Source: Chloroflexota bacterium (GTDB lineage: Bacteria > Chloroflexota > Dehalococcoidia > Lucifugimonadales > UBA3495). From it: a stretch of DNA of 64,000 nucleotides. A program made the translations under genes and the position numbers. The stretch spans positions 32,001 through 96,000 of the forward strand of contig JAQBVF010000004.1 in the NCBI GenBank assembly GCA_027623675.1, in the 5' to 3' direction. Below the pieces are notes generated by a model, which did no database searches, was not told where the DNA came from, and saw only the letters and a list, made by a program, of their open reading frames with translations. Below are positions 38,011 through 46,603 of this stretch, one piece after another. Every line of letters begins with the position of its first letter. Position 1 is the first letter of the stretch.

Positions 38011-38838
38011 ATGCCGACTAGCACCCACCGATCCGGGTTGGACCGCCGCCTTTTGTTGGAGTCGCTGCAAGCCTTCAGCCGGGGCGCCCAAGAAGCGCCA
38101 CTGGTCACCAAGTGGACCCACTTTCCTGGGTTTGAACCAGGGCCCGGACCTGGGAATGAATCGCCAGTTGGGATATCCGCCAAGTACTCGGGTGAAGACC
38201 CGGCTGGCGGAGCGGTCACGTTCGTTCTCTCCACCGACGATGTGGACCGGCACGGCGATATCATCAGCGCCGATGGCTGGGTCCTGGATTCCTACCGTGA
38301 GAACCCCGTACTGCTCTGGGCCCACGACTACCGGCATCCGGCGATCGGCCGGGCGGCTAAATTGTGGGCCGAGCCCCACCGGCTCCTGGCAATCATGGAG
38401 TTCGCCCCCACCGGATTCGCCCAAGAGATCGCGTCGTTGTACCGGTCGGGATTCCAGTGGGGAGTCTCGGTGGGGTTCAAGCCCCTGCGCTACGAAGAGC
38501 GGCGGGACGAGAAGACTGGAGCGTTCCTGGGCCTAAGGTTCTTGGAGCAAGAACTGCTTGAAGTGAGCGCGGTCCCGGTGCCCGCCAACCGCAGCGCCCT
38601 CCGCCGGGACGGTCAGCCTGACCGTGATGCTTTGACCGCGCTATGGCCGGTGCTGGCGTCGCAGGTTGATGAGTTGGTCAAACTGGCTGAGGAGATATCG
38701 GACACGGTGGCCGAACTGGAAAATACCGCCAAAGCCGCCAGACATTCAGCCGTACATGATTCTAAACCGGCTAAACAGTCTGCACAGGCGGTCTCGGTCC
38801 CGGGCCTGATGGAGGTGCTGCGTTCCGGCCGGAACTGA
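38011..38838 (+). CDS. HK97-family phage prohead protease
   Basis: FVLSTDDVDRHGDII...GW.LD.Y..NPVLLWAHD, IG, SVGF.P, QELLEVSAVPVPANR; AAGGAGG SD. Confidence 0.93.
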   Translation: MPTSTHRSGLDRRLLLESLQAFSRGAQEAPLVTKWTHFPGFEPGPGPGNESPVGISAKYSGEDPAGGAVTFVLSTDDVDRHGDIISADGWVLDSYRENPVLLWAHDYRHPAIGRAAKLWAEPHRLLAIMEFAPTGFAQEIASLYRSGFQWGVSVGFKPLRYEERRDEKTGAFLGLRFLEQELLEVSAVPVPANRSALRRDGQPDRDALTALWPVLASQVDELVKLAEEISDTVAELENTAKAARHSAVHDSKPAKQSAQAVSVPGLMEVLRSGRN

Positions 38839-38964
38839 CCTGAGCTGCTTAGACGAAACGACAGCCAAAGGGATAGACGCACAGAGCATGTGACCCCATC
38901 GCACGACACACGGGCGGTCCACCCTCGGCCCTGGCGGGCAATCAAATCAAACTAGGAGTTGACC

Positions 38965-40014
38965 ATGACTATCGCGGCGCAAGACTTGGAACTGATAAAA
39001 AGGGAGCTGTCCAGCATCCGGGAATTCTACGACTCCAGGATCGACGCGGAGATCCCTCCCCTCAAAGAGGAATTGGACCGCATCGGCGGGCAGTTGAGCC
39101 AGGTGCAGGAGATGTGGCGGGATGGGGAGAAGCGGTCCCTGCTGTCCCGCCACGCCGGCGAAAGGTCCAGGGTTGCTTTCGGAAAATACGCCGGACTGGA
39201 CCATCTGGACATGGCCTGCGTGCGCAGCCTGCTAACCGCCCAGATGCGTGAGCCTTCTGGCGTCAACCCCCGCATGCTGGACGACTGGCAGTCCAACCTG
39301 AAGGCGGCCATGGACTCCACGTCTTCCGGCTCCGGCGACGAACTGGTGGATACTCAAGAAGCCCGGGCGCTGTGGGACGACGTCAATCTGGAGACCTCGA
39401 TCGCTCCCCTGTTCAACACCGTGCAGATGCCCAGCAACCCCTTTCAGATCCCCCTGCAGATGGGCGACGTCAACTGGTATCCCGGCACTGAGAACGTGGC
39501 GACCAAGAGCACCAGCCTGACCACCGCCCGCCAGACCCTGACCGCCTACGAGCTGGTCGCCGAGGTTCCCTGGTCCTACGACCTGGACGAGGACTCGGTC
39601 ATCGCCATGATGGAGGAACTCCGGCGCAGCCTGATGCGAAACGCCCGCGAGGTGATCGACGACGTGATCTTGAACGGCGACACCACCGCAACCAACAACA
39701 TCAACGCCGACGGGACCACCATCGCCAGCACCGACGCGGGCAAGGGCCAATGGCTGCTGGGGTTCGACGGCCTGCTGCATCTGCCGCTGGTGGACAACAC
39801 CGGCCAGAGCATTGACCACAACGCCGCCGTCTCCGATGACATGTTTAACGAGGTCCGCTCCAAGCTGGGCAAGTACGGGGTGCGGCCCTCCGAAGCGGTC
39901 TACGTCACCGACGTGAACACCTTCATAAGGTCGCTCAGCGTTTCCAACTTCCGCACGCTGGACAAATTCGGCCCCCAGGCAACCCTGGCGATCCGGCAAC
40001 CAAGCAAACGTTAA
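38965..40014 (+). CDS. HK97-fold major capsid protein (C-terminus appears truncated)
   Basis: N-terminal coiled-coil (delta-like) segment, GDELV, QMPSNPFQIP, LDEDS, ILNGDT, GFDGL, LGKYGV.P; ends abruptly after KFGPQATL. Confidence 0.82.
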   Translation: MTIAAQDLELIKRELSSIREFYDSRIDAEIPPLKEELDRIGGQLSQVQEMWRDGEKRSLLSRHAGERSRVAFGKYAGLDHLDMACVRSLLTAQMREPSGVNPRMLDDWQSNLKAAMDSTSSGSGDELVDTQEARALWDDVNLETSIAPLFNTVQMPSNPFQIPLQMGDVNWYPGTENVATKSTSLTTARQTLTAYELVAEVPWSYDLDEDSVIAMMEELRRSLMRNAREVIDDVILNGDTTATNNINADGTTIASTDAGKGQWLLGFDGLLHLPLVDNTGQSIDHNAAVSDDMFNEVRSKLGKYGVRPSEAVYVTDVNTFIRSLSVSNFRTLDKFGPQATLAIRQPSKR

Positions 40015-40046
40015 CGGCGGGCTATTTGCCCGCCGTTATTTTTTTC
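40012..40046 (+). terminator. Intrinsic terminator overlapping the capsid stop
   Basis: TAACGGCGGGC-TATTT-GCCCGCCGTTA-TTTTTTT. Confidence 0.85.
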
Positions 40047-40146
40047 TTCCGCCGGCCCAATGATGACACCCTTCTGGCTTCGGGCTATACTGGCCTAGCC
40101 AGCCCAAATCGCCTAAGATCGGCTAAAACAATAGGACATCCACGCC

Positions 40147-40935
40147 TTGAACGACCAAATTCTCGTTGAGTCTGATTCTCCCATCGCCACGGTCACCTTT
40201 AACCGGCCCAGCCAACGAAACGCCATCAGCTTTGCCATGTGGCGCCGGTTCACCGACATCATGCAAGCTCTCGACGCTGACCGCGCTATCCGCGCCGTGG
40301 TGATCACCGGAGCCGGCGGCGAATCATTCTCGGCGGGGGCCGACATCCAGGATTTCGATGACTACCGGTCCGACTCGACCAAGGGCCGTGGCTACAACGA
40401 AGCCGTGAACGGGGCTCTCAAGATTCTCTCCGAAATGAACACGCCCACGATCTCGATGATTCAGGGTTTCGCCGTCGGCGGCGGCTGCGAACTGGCCGTG
40501 GCCACCGACCTGCGCATAGCCAGTGATGACAGCCGCTTGGGAATCCCGGTGGGCAAGCTGGGCATCAGTATCGGACACCGCGAGATGCGCGGCCTGGTCA
40601 ATCTGGTGGGCAAAGGAAACGCCATGTACATCCTGCTGTCCGCCCGCCTGCTCGACGCCCAAGAATCCCTGCGGATCGGACTGGTCAACCAGGTGGTCGC
40701 TCCGGGTGAGCTTCACGAATACACCTACAAGCTGGCCTCGGACATCGCATCGTTGGCGCCGCTCTCCCACGCGGTTAACAAGTTAACCATGCAGCAGGTG
40801 CAGAACAAACCCTCCCTGGAGAACCTCACGGCTGAGGAAGAGGACCTGCCCCTCACCCAGTTTGACACCAAAGACTACCTGGAAGGCTACAAAGCCTTCT
40901 TGGAAAAGCGGCGCCCCAACTTTGTTGGGGAGTAA
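40147..40935 (+). CDS. Enoyl-CoA hydratase/isomerase family protein
   Basis: NRP...NA, FSAGADI, AVGGGCELA..TDLRIA, AFLEKRRPNF. Confidence 0.93.
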   Translation: MNDQILVESDSPIATVTFNRPSQRNAISFAMWRRFTDIMQALDADRAIRAVVITGAGGESFSAGADIQDFDDYRSDSTKGRGYNEAVNGALKILSEMNTPTISMIQGFAVGGGCELAVATDLRIASDDSRLGIPVGKLGISIGHREMRGLVNLVGKGNAMYILLSARLLDAQESLRIGLVNQVVAPGELHEYTYKLASDIASLAPLSHAVNKLTMQQVQNKPSLENLTAEEEDLPLTQFDTKDYLEGYKAFLEKRRPNFVGE

Positions 40936-40986
40936 CGTCCCAGACCGGCATCGACTCAGAGGTCAAACCAAGCTGGGAGAGACCGT

Positions 40987-41727
40987 TTGACGGCGCGCGC
41001 ACCCAAGGTCCGGGCCGACCGGCTTTTGTATGAGAGGGGCTTGGCCGAGTCCCGCGAGCAAGCCCAGGCGCTCATCATGGAGGGCGTGGTCTACACTCCA
41101 TCGGGCCGCGTCTTGAAAGCTGGTTCAACCCTGCCCGGAGATGTGGAAATTGAGGTGAGGGGCCGACTGCCGTTCGTGAGCCGTGGCGGCGTCAAATTGG
41201 CCCACGCTCTGGACGAATTTCAACTCGATGTCTCCGGACTGACTGGCCTGGACGTGGGCGCCTCCACAGGTGGCTTCACCGATTGCCTCCTGCAACGCGG
41301 CGCGCAGAAGGTCTACGCTGTGGACGTGGGGCACGGTCAGATGAGCTACGGTCTGCGGCAGGACCAGCGAGTGATCGTGATTGAAAAGACCAACGCCCGC
41401 CACCCCTTTGACCTGCCGGAGCCGGTGGACCTGGTGGTCATGGACGTTTCGTTCATCTCAATTACCATGGTTATTCCCGAAGCAACCCGGCACCTGGTCC
41501 CAGGCAGGTACATCGCCGCGCTGGTCAAACCCCAATTCGAGGCACCCAAAGAACAGGTGGGCCGCGGCGGCGTGATCAAAGATCCCAAGATCCATGCCGC
41601 CGTGTTGGGGAAGATGGTCAACTGGGCCGTGGGGCAAGGCCTGCGAGTCAGGAACATCTGCCGGTCTCCGATACAGGGCGACGCGGGCAACCGGGAATTC
41701 TTCATCCTGCTGCAAAAACCGGAATAG
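40987..41727 (+). CDS. tlyA: TlyA family rRNA (cytidine-2'-O)-methyltransferase
   Basis: S4-like N-terminus, FVSRGGVKL, DVGASTGGFTDCLLQRGA, DVSFIS, KPQFE, SPI.G..GN.EF. Confidence 0.95.
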   Translation: MTARAPKVRADRLLYERGLAESREQAQALIMEGVVYTPSGRVLKAGSTLPGDVEIEVRGRLPFVSRGGVKLAHALDEFQLDVSGLTGLDVGASTGGFTDCLLQRGAQKVYAVDVGHGQMSYGLRQDQRVIVIEKTNARHPFDLPEPVDLVVMDVSFISITMVIPEATRHLVPGRYIAALVKPQFEAPKEQVGRGGVIKDPKIHAAVLGKMVNWAVGQGLRVRNICRSPIQGDAGNREFFILLQKPE

Positions 41728-41786
41728 GACAGACCCTGCCAGAACCCGACCAGAATCAACCAATCCGCATTAATAGGAGGTCCTAG

Positions 41787-42260
41787 ATGGACGTTTCAGA
41801 GATTGCAGAGATACTCACCGCCAGGGGAAAGACGGTATCCGTTGCCGAGGCCGACACCGCCGGTCTGATCGGCTACATGCTGGGCAGCATCCCCGGCAGT
41901 TCCAAGTATTTCCCCGGCGGCGTAATCGCCTACACCGGCGGCCTGAAAGAGAAAGTGCTGGGCGTGGCCGACGACGTTTCTCCCACCCACGGCACCGTCA
42001 GCAGCCAGATGGCTATCGGAATGGCCAAGGGGGTTCGAGAACTGACCGGCACCGACTACGCCGTGTCCACCACCGGGGTCACCGGCCCCGCCGCCGGCCG
42101 CGCCGGTCTGCCCATCGGCACCTTCTGGATCGGACTGTCGGTGAAGGACGGCGATGACACGGCCATCGAGATTCATCTTGACGGCGACCGCGACGCCTGC
42201 AAGCGCGGCGCGGCCCAAGCGGCCCTGGACCTATTGGGCAAGGAACTCAGCGCCGGTTAG
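41787..42260 (+). CDS. CinA C-terminal/PncC-like protein
   Basis: VAEADTAGLI (variant of AESCTGG), PGSS.YF.GG..AY, HG.VS, TG.TGP. Confidence 0.85.
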   Translation: MDVSEIAEILTARGKTVSVAEADTAGLIGYMLGSIPGSSKYFPGGVIAYTGGLKEKVLGVADDVSPTHGTVSSQMAIGMAKGVRELTGTDYAVSTTGVTGPAAGRAGLPIGTFWIGLSVKDGDDTAIEIHLDGDRDACKRGAAQAALDLLGKELSAG

Positions 42261-42295
42261 CCAGATTCGATCAACTGGGCGTTTTTTCGACGGGT

Positions 42296-44644
42296 TTAAC
42301 CCGGCTCCAGGGTCTGCTTGGTCTCGTATGACGCTATGATGCGGTCCCAGTCGTATCCCATTGGAATCATCTTGACCTGACGCCAGGTGTCTGACTGGTC
42401 GGCGTAATGTGCGCTGCCGGGATGACCGGAACTGCCCAGCGGGACCACCCACAGAGAGTTCTCCCAGTTGGACGGATCATAGGAGTAGCGCGCCACCGAC
42501 AGGCTGGTGACCGTGGCCGGCGCCGATGGAGAGTAGCCGCCCTGAAGTGGAGTGTCGCCGTCGCCGCTGGTGGGTATGGCCGGCGGGTCCAGTAACCCGG
42601 CCAACTCCGGGAACGCCGCCGAAAGATTATGCTTGGGACGCGCCTGGTGTACCTTTTCCCACTTCCACTTGTCCATGTCCGCTCCCAACCGTTCTTCCAG
42701 CGTCATGACAGCGGTGGAGAGCGCTCTGGCTACCGCTGTGGGCCAGCTATCGCCTCCCGGCAGCAGCGACCGGTCGTCACGGCCGATCATCGCCACCAAC
42801 TGGGCCTTCAACCGGTTGGAGAACGAACCCAAACCCCGGTCCGCCGGGTGCCAGGCTTCCTCAGCCATGGTTTCCGTTAGATTGGCTTCCAACACGTCTT
42901 TCAGCAGGGCGTCGCGCATGGCGCTGTAGATCGTCGGGGCCACCTCGCCGGCGTCCATCTCCGCGTTCCACGCGAGCAGGCGTTCTCGGGCGGCCGCGCT
43001 GGCCAGGTCGGCGGGGGCGATCTTCTTGACCACTTCCAAGTAAGCCAACGCTGGAATGGAGACTCTTTGGGCGTGCACCTGGGCCATATCCCCGGCCGTG
43101 GGGTGGTCCAGCGATTTCAACCCCGCGGTGACGCGCTTCACCCTGAACTCCGGAGTGAAATCGATGGCTATGTAGTAGGGATAGTCGTCCCCCACCGGGC
43201 GGTTGTTGGCGGTGGCGATGTAGCCTTCCGGCGGATTTATCGACACCGGGAGTTCATCAAATGGAATGTCACCTTCCCACTCGTGTTCGCCGGTCCAACC
43301 GGGAACGGGCAGCCAGCCGTTGACGCGGGACCGGATGGGGATGCGGCCCCGGCACAAATAGCCCATGTCCCCGTGGATGTCGGCGAACAGCAGGTTGTTG
43401 CAGGGATCGACCCAGCCTCGCATGCTATCCACCAACTGTTGGCTGCCGTCGGCCCGCAGCATCTTCCACAGTATCACCGGCCAGGTGGAGGCCTGCTCGG
43501 TTGCCGTGTATTTGAAGGCCAGACCCGACCCCTCGGCAGGGTCTCCCCCAACGATCGGGCCATGCCGGGTCACGGTAACCTTGACCTGGACATCGTTTCC
43601 GCCACGGACCTTGATGTTTTCGTTGTGGGTCTCGGCGTCCAACCACTGGTCTTGGAACAGGTACTTGTTCGGCTCCCCATCCTTGAACCGCTCGATGTAC
43701 AGGTCCTGATAATCGGCGGCGGTGTGGGTGACGCTCCAGCAGACCTTGCCGTTGTGGCCGAAGTGGGGGAAACCGGGCACGCCGGGGAATGACAGGCCCA
43801 CAACGTCGAATTCGGGGCAGGCCACCTGGTTCTGATAGTAGGAGTTGGGCGTATCCAGCGCGCGGTGGGAGTCTCCGGCCAATATGGGTTTGCCGGTGGC
43901 TGTCTCGGCCCCGCACAGCACCCAACTGTTGCTGCCCGAGTCCATCTCGCCCAGGTAATTCAATCCGGCGGCGCCTTGGGACAACTCCCTTATCCCCTGG
44001 TCCAAGGGACCGGGAGAGGCCGCGCCGGGGGGTAGGATCATCAGAGAACCCGGTTCGAATCCGGGGAACAGCTTTCCGGCGGCATCGGGTCCCATCTCAC
44101 GCACCATCCGTGCCCGCCAGAGTTTTGACTCGAACACACCCATGAAGATGTGTCTCACCTTGTAGGCGATCAATCCGTCCCAAGGACGCCACGGCTCTGG
44201 TTCCAGTCCGGTGATGCCGTACTCCGCCGGCATGGCGGTCCCGCTGTCGACAAACGCGTTGACCCCGGCGGCATAGGCGTCAAACACGGCCTTAGTGTGG
44301 GTGTCCATAACCTGGTAGTCGGCTTTGGCGCTGGCCTCCAACCGGAAACGGCGCATCAGCGTGTCCTGGGCCACCGCCGGCTCTCCCACAGCCTCAGCCC
44401 ACCGGCCGGCGCCTCGGCGGCGGTCATATTCCATGTGCCACAACCGGTCCTGGGCGGTTACGAAGCCCTGGGCGAAGAAGGCGTCCAACTCTGAAGCGGC
44501 CTTGATGCGTGGTATCCCGTATCCGTCCCGGTACACCTTGACCGATCCCTCAAGACCCTTCAGGCGCACCGTGCCGGTCAGGTCAGGGATCGCCGATCTC
44601 AGGTCTCGTTCGGTTATCGTCCCGGTCTTGGTCTTGGGAGTCAT
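42296..44644 (-). CDS. Penicillin acylase family (Ntn hydrolase)
   Basis: RDGYGIP, AQGFVTAQDRL, GSNSWV (Ser nucleophile), GHNG, TRHGP, NPPEGYIATANN, GSSGHPGS.HY.DQ. Confidence 0.93.
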   Translation of the reverse strand: MTPKTKTGTITERDLRSAIPDLTGTVRLKGLEGSVKVYRDGYGIPRIKAASELDAFFAQGFVTAQDRLWHMEYDRRRGAGRWAEAVGEPAVAQDTLMRRFRLEASAKADYQVMDTHTKAVFDAYAAGVNAFVDSGTAMPAEYGITGLEPEPWRPWDGLIAYKVRHIFMGVFESKLWRARMVREMGPDAAGKLFPGFEPGSLMILPPGAASPGPLDQGIRELSQGAAGLNYLGEMDSGSNSWVLCGAETATGKPILAGDSHRALDTPNSYYQNQVACPEFDVVGLSFPGVPGFPHFGHNGKVCWSVTHTAADYQDLYIERFKDGEPNKYLFQDQWLDAETHNENIKVRGGNDVQVKVTVTRHGPIVGGDPAEGSGLAFKYTATEQASTWPVILWKMLRADGSQQLVDSMRGWVDPCNNLLFADIHGDMGYLCRGRIPIRSRVNGWLPVPGWTGEHEWEGDIPFDELPVSINPPEGYIATANNRPVGDDYPYYIAIDFTPEFRVKRVTAGLKSLDHPTAGDMAQVHAQRVSIPALAYLEVVKKIAPADLASAAARERLLAWNAEMDAGEVAPTIYSAMRDALLKDVLEANLTETMAEEAWHPADRGLGSFSNRLKAQLVAMIGRDDRSLLPGGDSWPTAVARALSTAVMTLEERLGADMDKWKWEKVHQARPKHNLSAAFPELAGLLDPPAIPTSGDGDTPLQGGYSPSAPATVTSLSVARYSYDPSNWENSLWVVPLGSSGHPGSAHYADQSDTWRQVKMIPMGYDWDRIIASYETKQTLEPG

Positions 44645-44767
44645 GTCTACCTTCACGCTGCGGAAGAATCGGAAAATCACCCGGATAATATCATAGGGCC
44701 CGGCGCGGCTACCCACGCTGATGGCCCCGCGAGGTCTTTCCATTGTCGAGGAAATTAAAGAGGAGGA

Positions 44768-44871
44768 CCGCTCATGGTGAGCCCCGTCGAACCACCGCTG
44801 TGGATGGACCCAGTTATTCTTGACCAGGAACCTGAATGGTGCGCGTCCTTCGAGAGCCTCAGGACGAGCGG
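44768..44871. repeat. REP/REPIN-like imperfect inverted repeat pair
   Basis: Arm 1 CCGCTCATGGTGAGCCCCGTCGAACCA; reverse complement of arm 2 CCGCTCGTCCTGAGGCTCTCGAAGGA. Confidence 0.6.
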
Positions 44872-45028
44872 CGAGATCAACGCTAGAGCGATACTAGAGC
44901 GATAATGGAAAGCCCCTGACTGTTTCCGAGCAGGGATTGACGCCGTGCGAGTCTGGGGGCTACCATCCGACTCGTTCATGGCGTCTGATTCAAACCCATA
45001 GCGGGCATGAATAGGGGTAAACCGGACC

Positions 45029-45874
45029 ATGCAGATCACAGATCACATCTATGCCACCCATATCGAAGAAGACCCGGGGAGCTTCGGCGCCATGCACCCA
45101 GGCGGCACCCACATCTATTTCGTCGGCGACCCCAAAGATCACATGGTGATGGTGGACTCAGGCGAGCCCTACCGCTCGTGGACCCGGCAGATCAAGGACT
45201 ACCACGCCGAGCTTGGCAAGCCCAGAATATCGTCCATAGTTATTACCCACGGACACGGCGACCATATCGGCGGCCTGGACCGGCTCCAGGAGGAGTTCGG
45301 CTGCGTGGTGCGCTGCCATCCCAAGCTGGAACCGGCGCTGACCCACCGTCTGGGCGAAGGCAACGTTGTTAAGCTCCGTTCCCGAGAGTCGGTCCCCACC
45401 GGCGGCGGGGCCAAACTCAGGGCCCATTTCACCCCTGGCCATGAGGAAGACCACGTCTCGTATTACATGGCCGAAGGCAAGGTGATATTCAGCGGGGACA
45501 CCATCCTGGGCAACTCTTCCTCCAGCGTGCGGAACCTGAAACAGTACATGACTTCTCTGGAGACCCTCGCCGGGTTGAAGCCGGAGATCCTTTGTCCGGG
45601 CCACGGCCAGGTGCTGAACAAAGGCACGGCCAGGGTGGAATGGTACATTCGCCACCGGACCGAGCGGGAGGAACAGGTGCTGGCCGCGCTGGCTAAAGGA
45701 GTGGATTCGGTGGAGGAGATCGTAACCGCGGTCTACCCCAGGAACCTGCGCCGCAACCTGCGCGCGGCCGCCGGCCGCAACGTCCGCACTCACTTGGACA
45801 AGCTGATCGAAGAGGGCCGGGTCGACGCCTCGCAGGTCAAGTTCTCAATCGCAGCTCCGGGAAAACGGACCTAG
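45029..45874 (+). CDS. Metallo-beta-lactamase fold hydrolase (LACTB2-like, C-terminal wHTH)
   Basis: THGHGDHIGG, TPGH..DH, FSGD, PGHG, HR..RE. Confidence 0.9.
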   Translation: MQITDHIYATHIEEDPGSFGAMHPGGTHIYFVGDPKDHMVMVDSGEPYRSWTRQIKDYHAELGKPRISSIVITHGHGDHIGGLDRLQEEFGCVVRCHPKLEPALTHRLGEGNVVKLRSRESVPTGGGAKLRAHFTPGHEEDHVSYYMAEGKVIFSGDTILGNSSSSVRNLKQYMTSLETLAGLKPEILCPGHGQVLNKGTARVEWYIRHRTEREEQVLAALAKGVDSVEEIVTAVYPRNLRRNLRAAAGRNVRTHLDKLIEEGRVDASQVKFSIAAPGKRT

Positions 45875-45878
45875 CCGG

Positions 45879-46082
45879 ATGCAGTTCAGAATGAATAACG
45901 CCAGACCCAGCGCCGGCATCGGTTGTGGCGGCCTGGTTGCGGTCTTGGGGCTGGTCCTTATATCGCCGATCGGAGAGTTCCTGATCAGCGGTATCGGCTG
46001 GATATTGATCGTGATTGGCGTGTTCGCCGTCCTGTCCGGAATCTACTACTGGTTCAAGAACAATACCGGCGGGGGAGTATAG
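45879..46082 (+). CDS. Small two-TM membrane protein
   Basis: Two hydrophobic segments; 4 nt after the upstream gene; terminator follows. Confidence 0.6.
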   Translation: MQFRMNNARPSAGIGCGGLVAVLGLVLISPIGEFLISGIGWILIVIGVFAVLSGIYYWFKNNTGGGV

Positions 46083-46120
46083 AACCGGACCCTGCCGGCG
46101 GTAAAAAAGGCGGTAAAAAT

Positions 46121-46157
46121 AAGAAAGGCCGGGGCTCATCTGCCCCGGCCTTTTCTT
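46121..46157. terminator. Bidirectional intrinsic terminator
   Basis: AAGAAAGGCCGGGGC-TCATCT-GCCCCGGCCTTTTCTT. Confidence 0.85.
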
Positions 46158-46176
46158 CCGTGCTTGTAACCCCTGC

Positions 46177-46560
46177 CTAACCCGAGCGTTCCAGCAGTTC
46201 GATGCGGACGTCTCCCGGTGCGCGGACGAAGGCGATGCGCAGTCCCGGCCGCAGGTCCTTGGGCTCCATGGAAAACTCCGCGCCCTTGGACTTCAAGTCG
46301 GCTGCCGCGGCTTCCAGGTCCTCCACCCGGAGTCCGAAATGGTCCAGACCCAGGTGGGGGTCGACCGGTCCGGCCGGGGTGGTCGTTTCGGCCTTGGCAA
46401 TGAAGATGATCAGCCCGTTGATGTCGATATCGACCCTGGGTTGGCCGTCCGACTGGATGGACTCCATGATCTTGGCCCCGAACATCTTGTTGAAGTACCT
46501 AGCAGTCTCGATGGGTTCCTGGCTGCGCAGGTGTATGTGGTCGTAGCTATAGGTAACCAA
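46177..46560 (-). CDS. VOC/glyoxalase family protein
   Basis: YDHIHL...LDHFGL.V...AF..APGDVRIELLER; TTG start with AGGAG SD. Confidence 0.88.
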   Translation of the reverse strand: MVTYSYDHIHLRSQEPIETARYFNKMFGAKIMESIQSDGQPRVDIDINGLIIFIAKAETTTPAGPVDPHLGLDHFGLRVEDLEAAAADLKSKGAEFSMEPKDLRPGLRIAFVRAPGDVRIELLERSG

Positions 46561-46603
46561 TGGCGCTCTCCTGGCTTTTTCTCCCGGCATTTAATGCGGC
46601 GGC

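Noticed and set aside
16768..40014. One intact 23-kb prophage spanning both phage modules, with que genes as phage DNA-modification cargo
   Set aside because: Intervening genes are ordinary host metabolism in mixed orientations; no integrase, att or dpdA/tgt-like gene is present, and queF-D-C-E fits normal queuosine synthesis.
38965..40014. Encapsulin nanocompartment
   Set aside because: It has a delta-like N-terminus and an adjacent prohead protease, with portal and terminase nearby; no cargo enzyme is adjacent.
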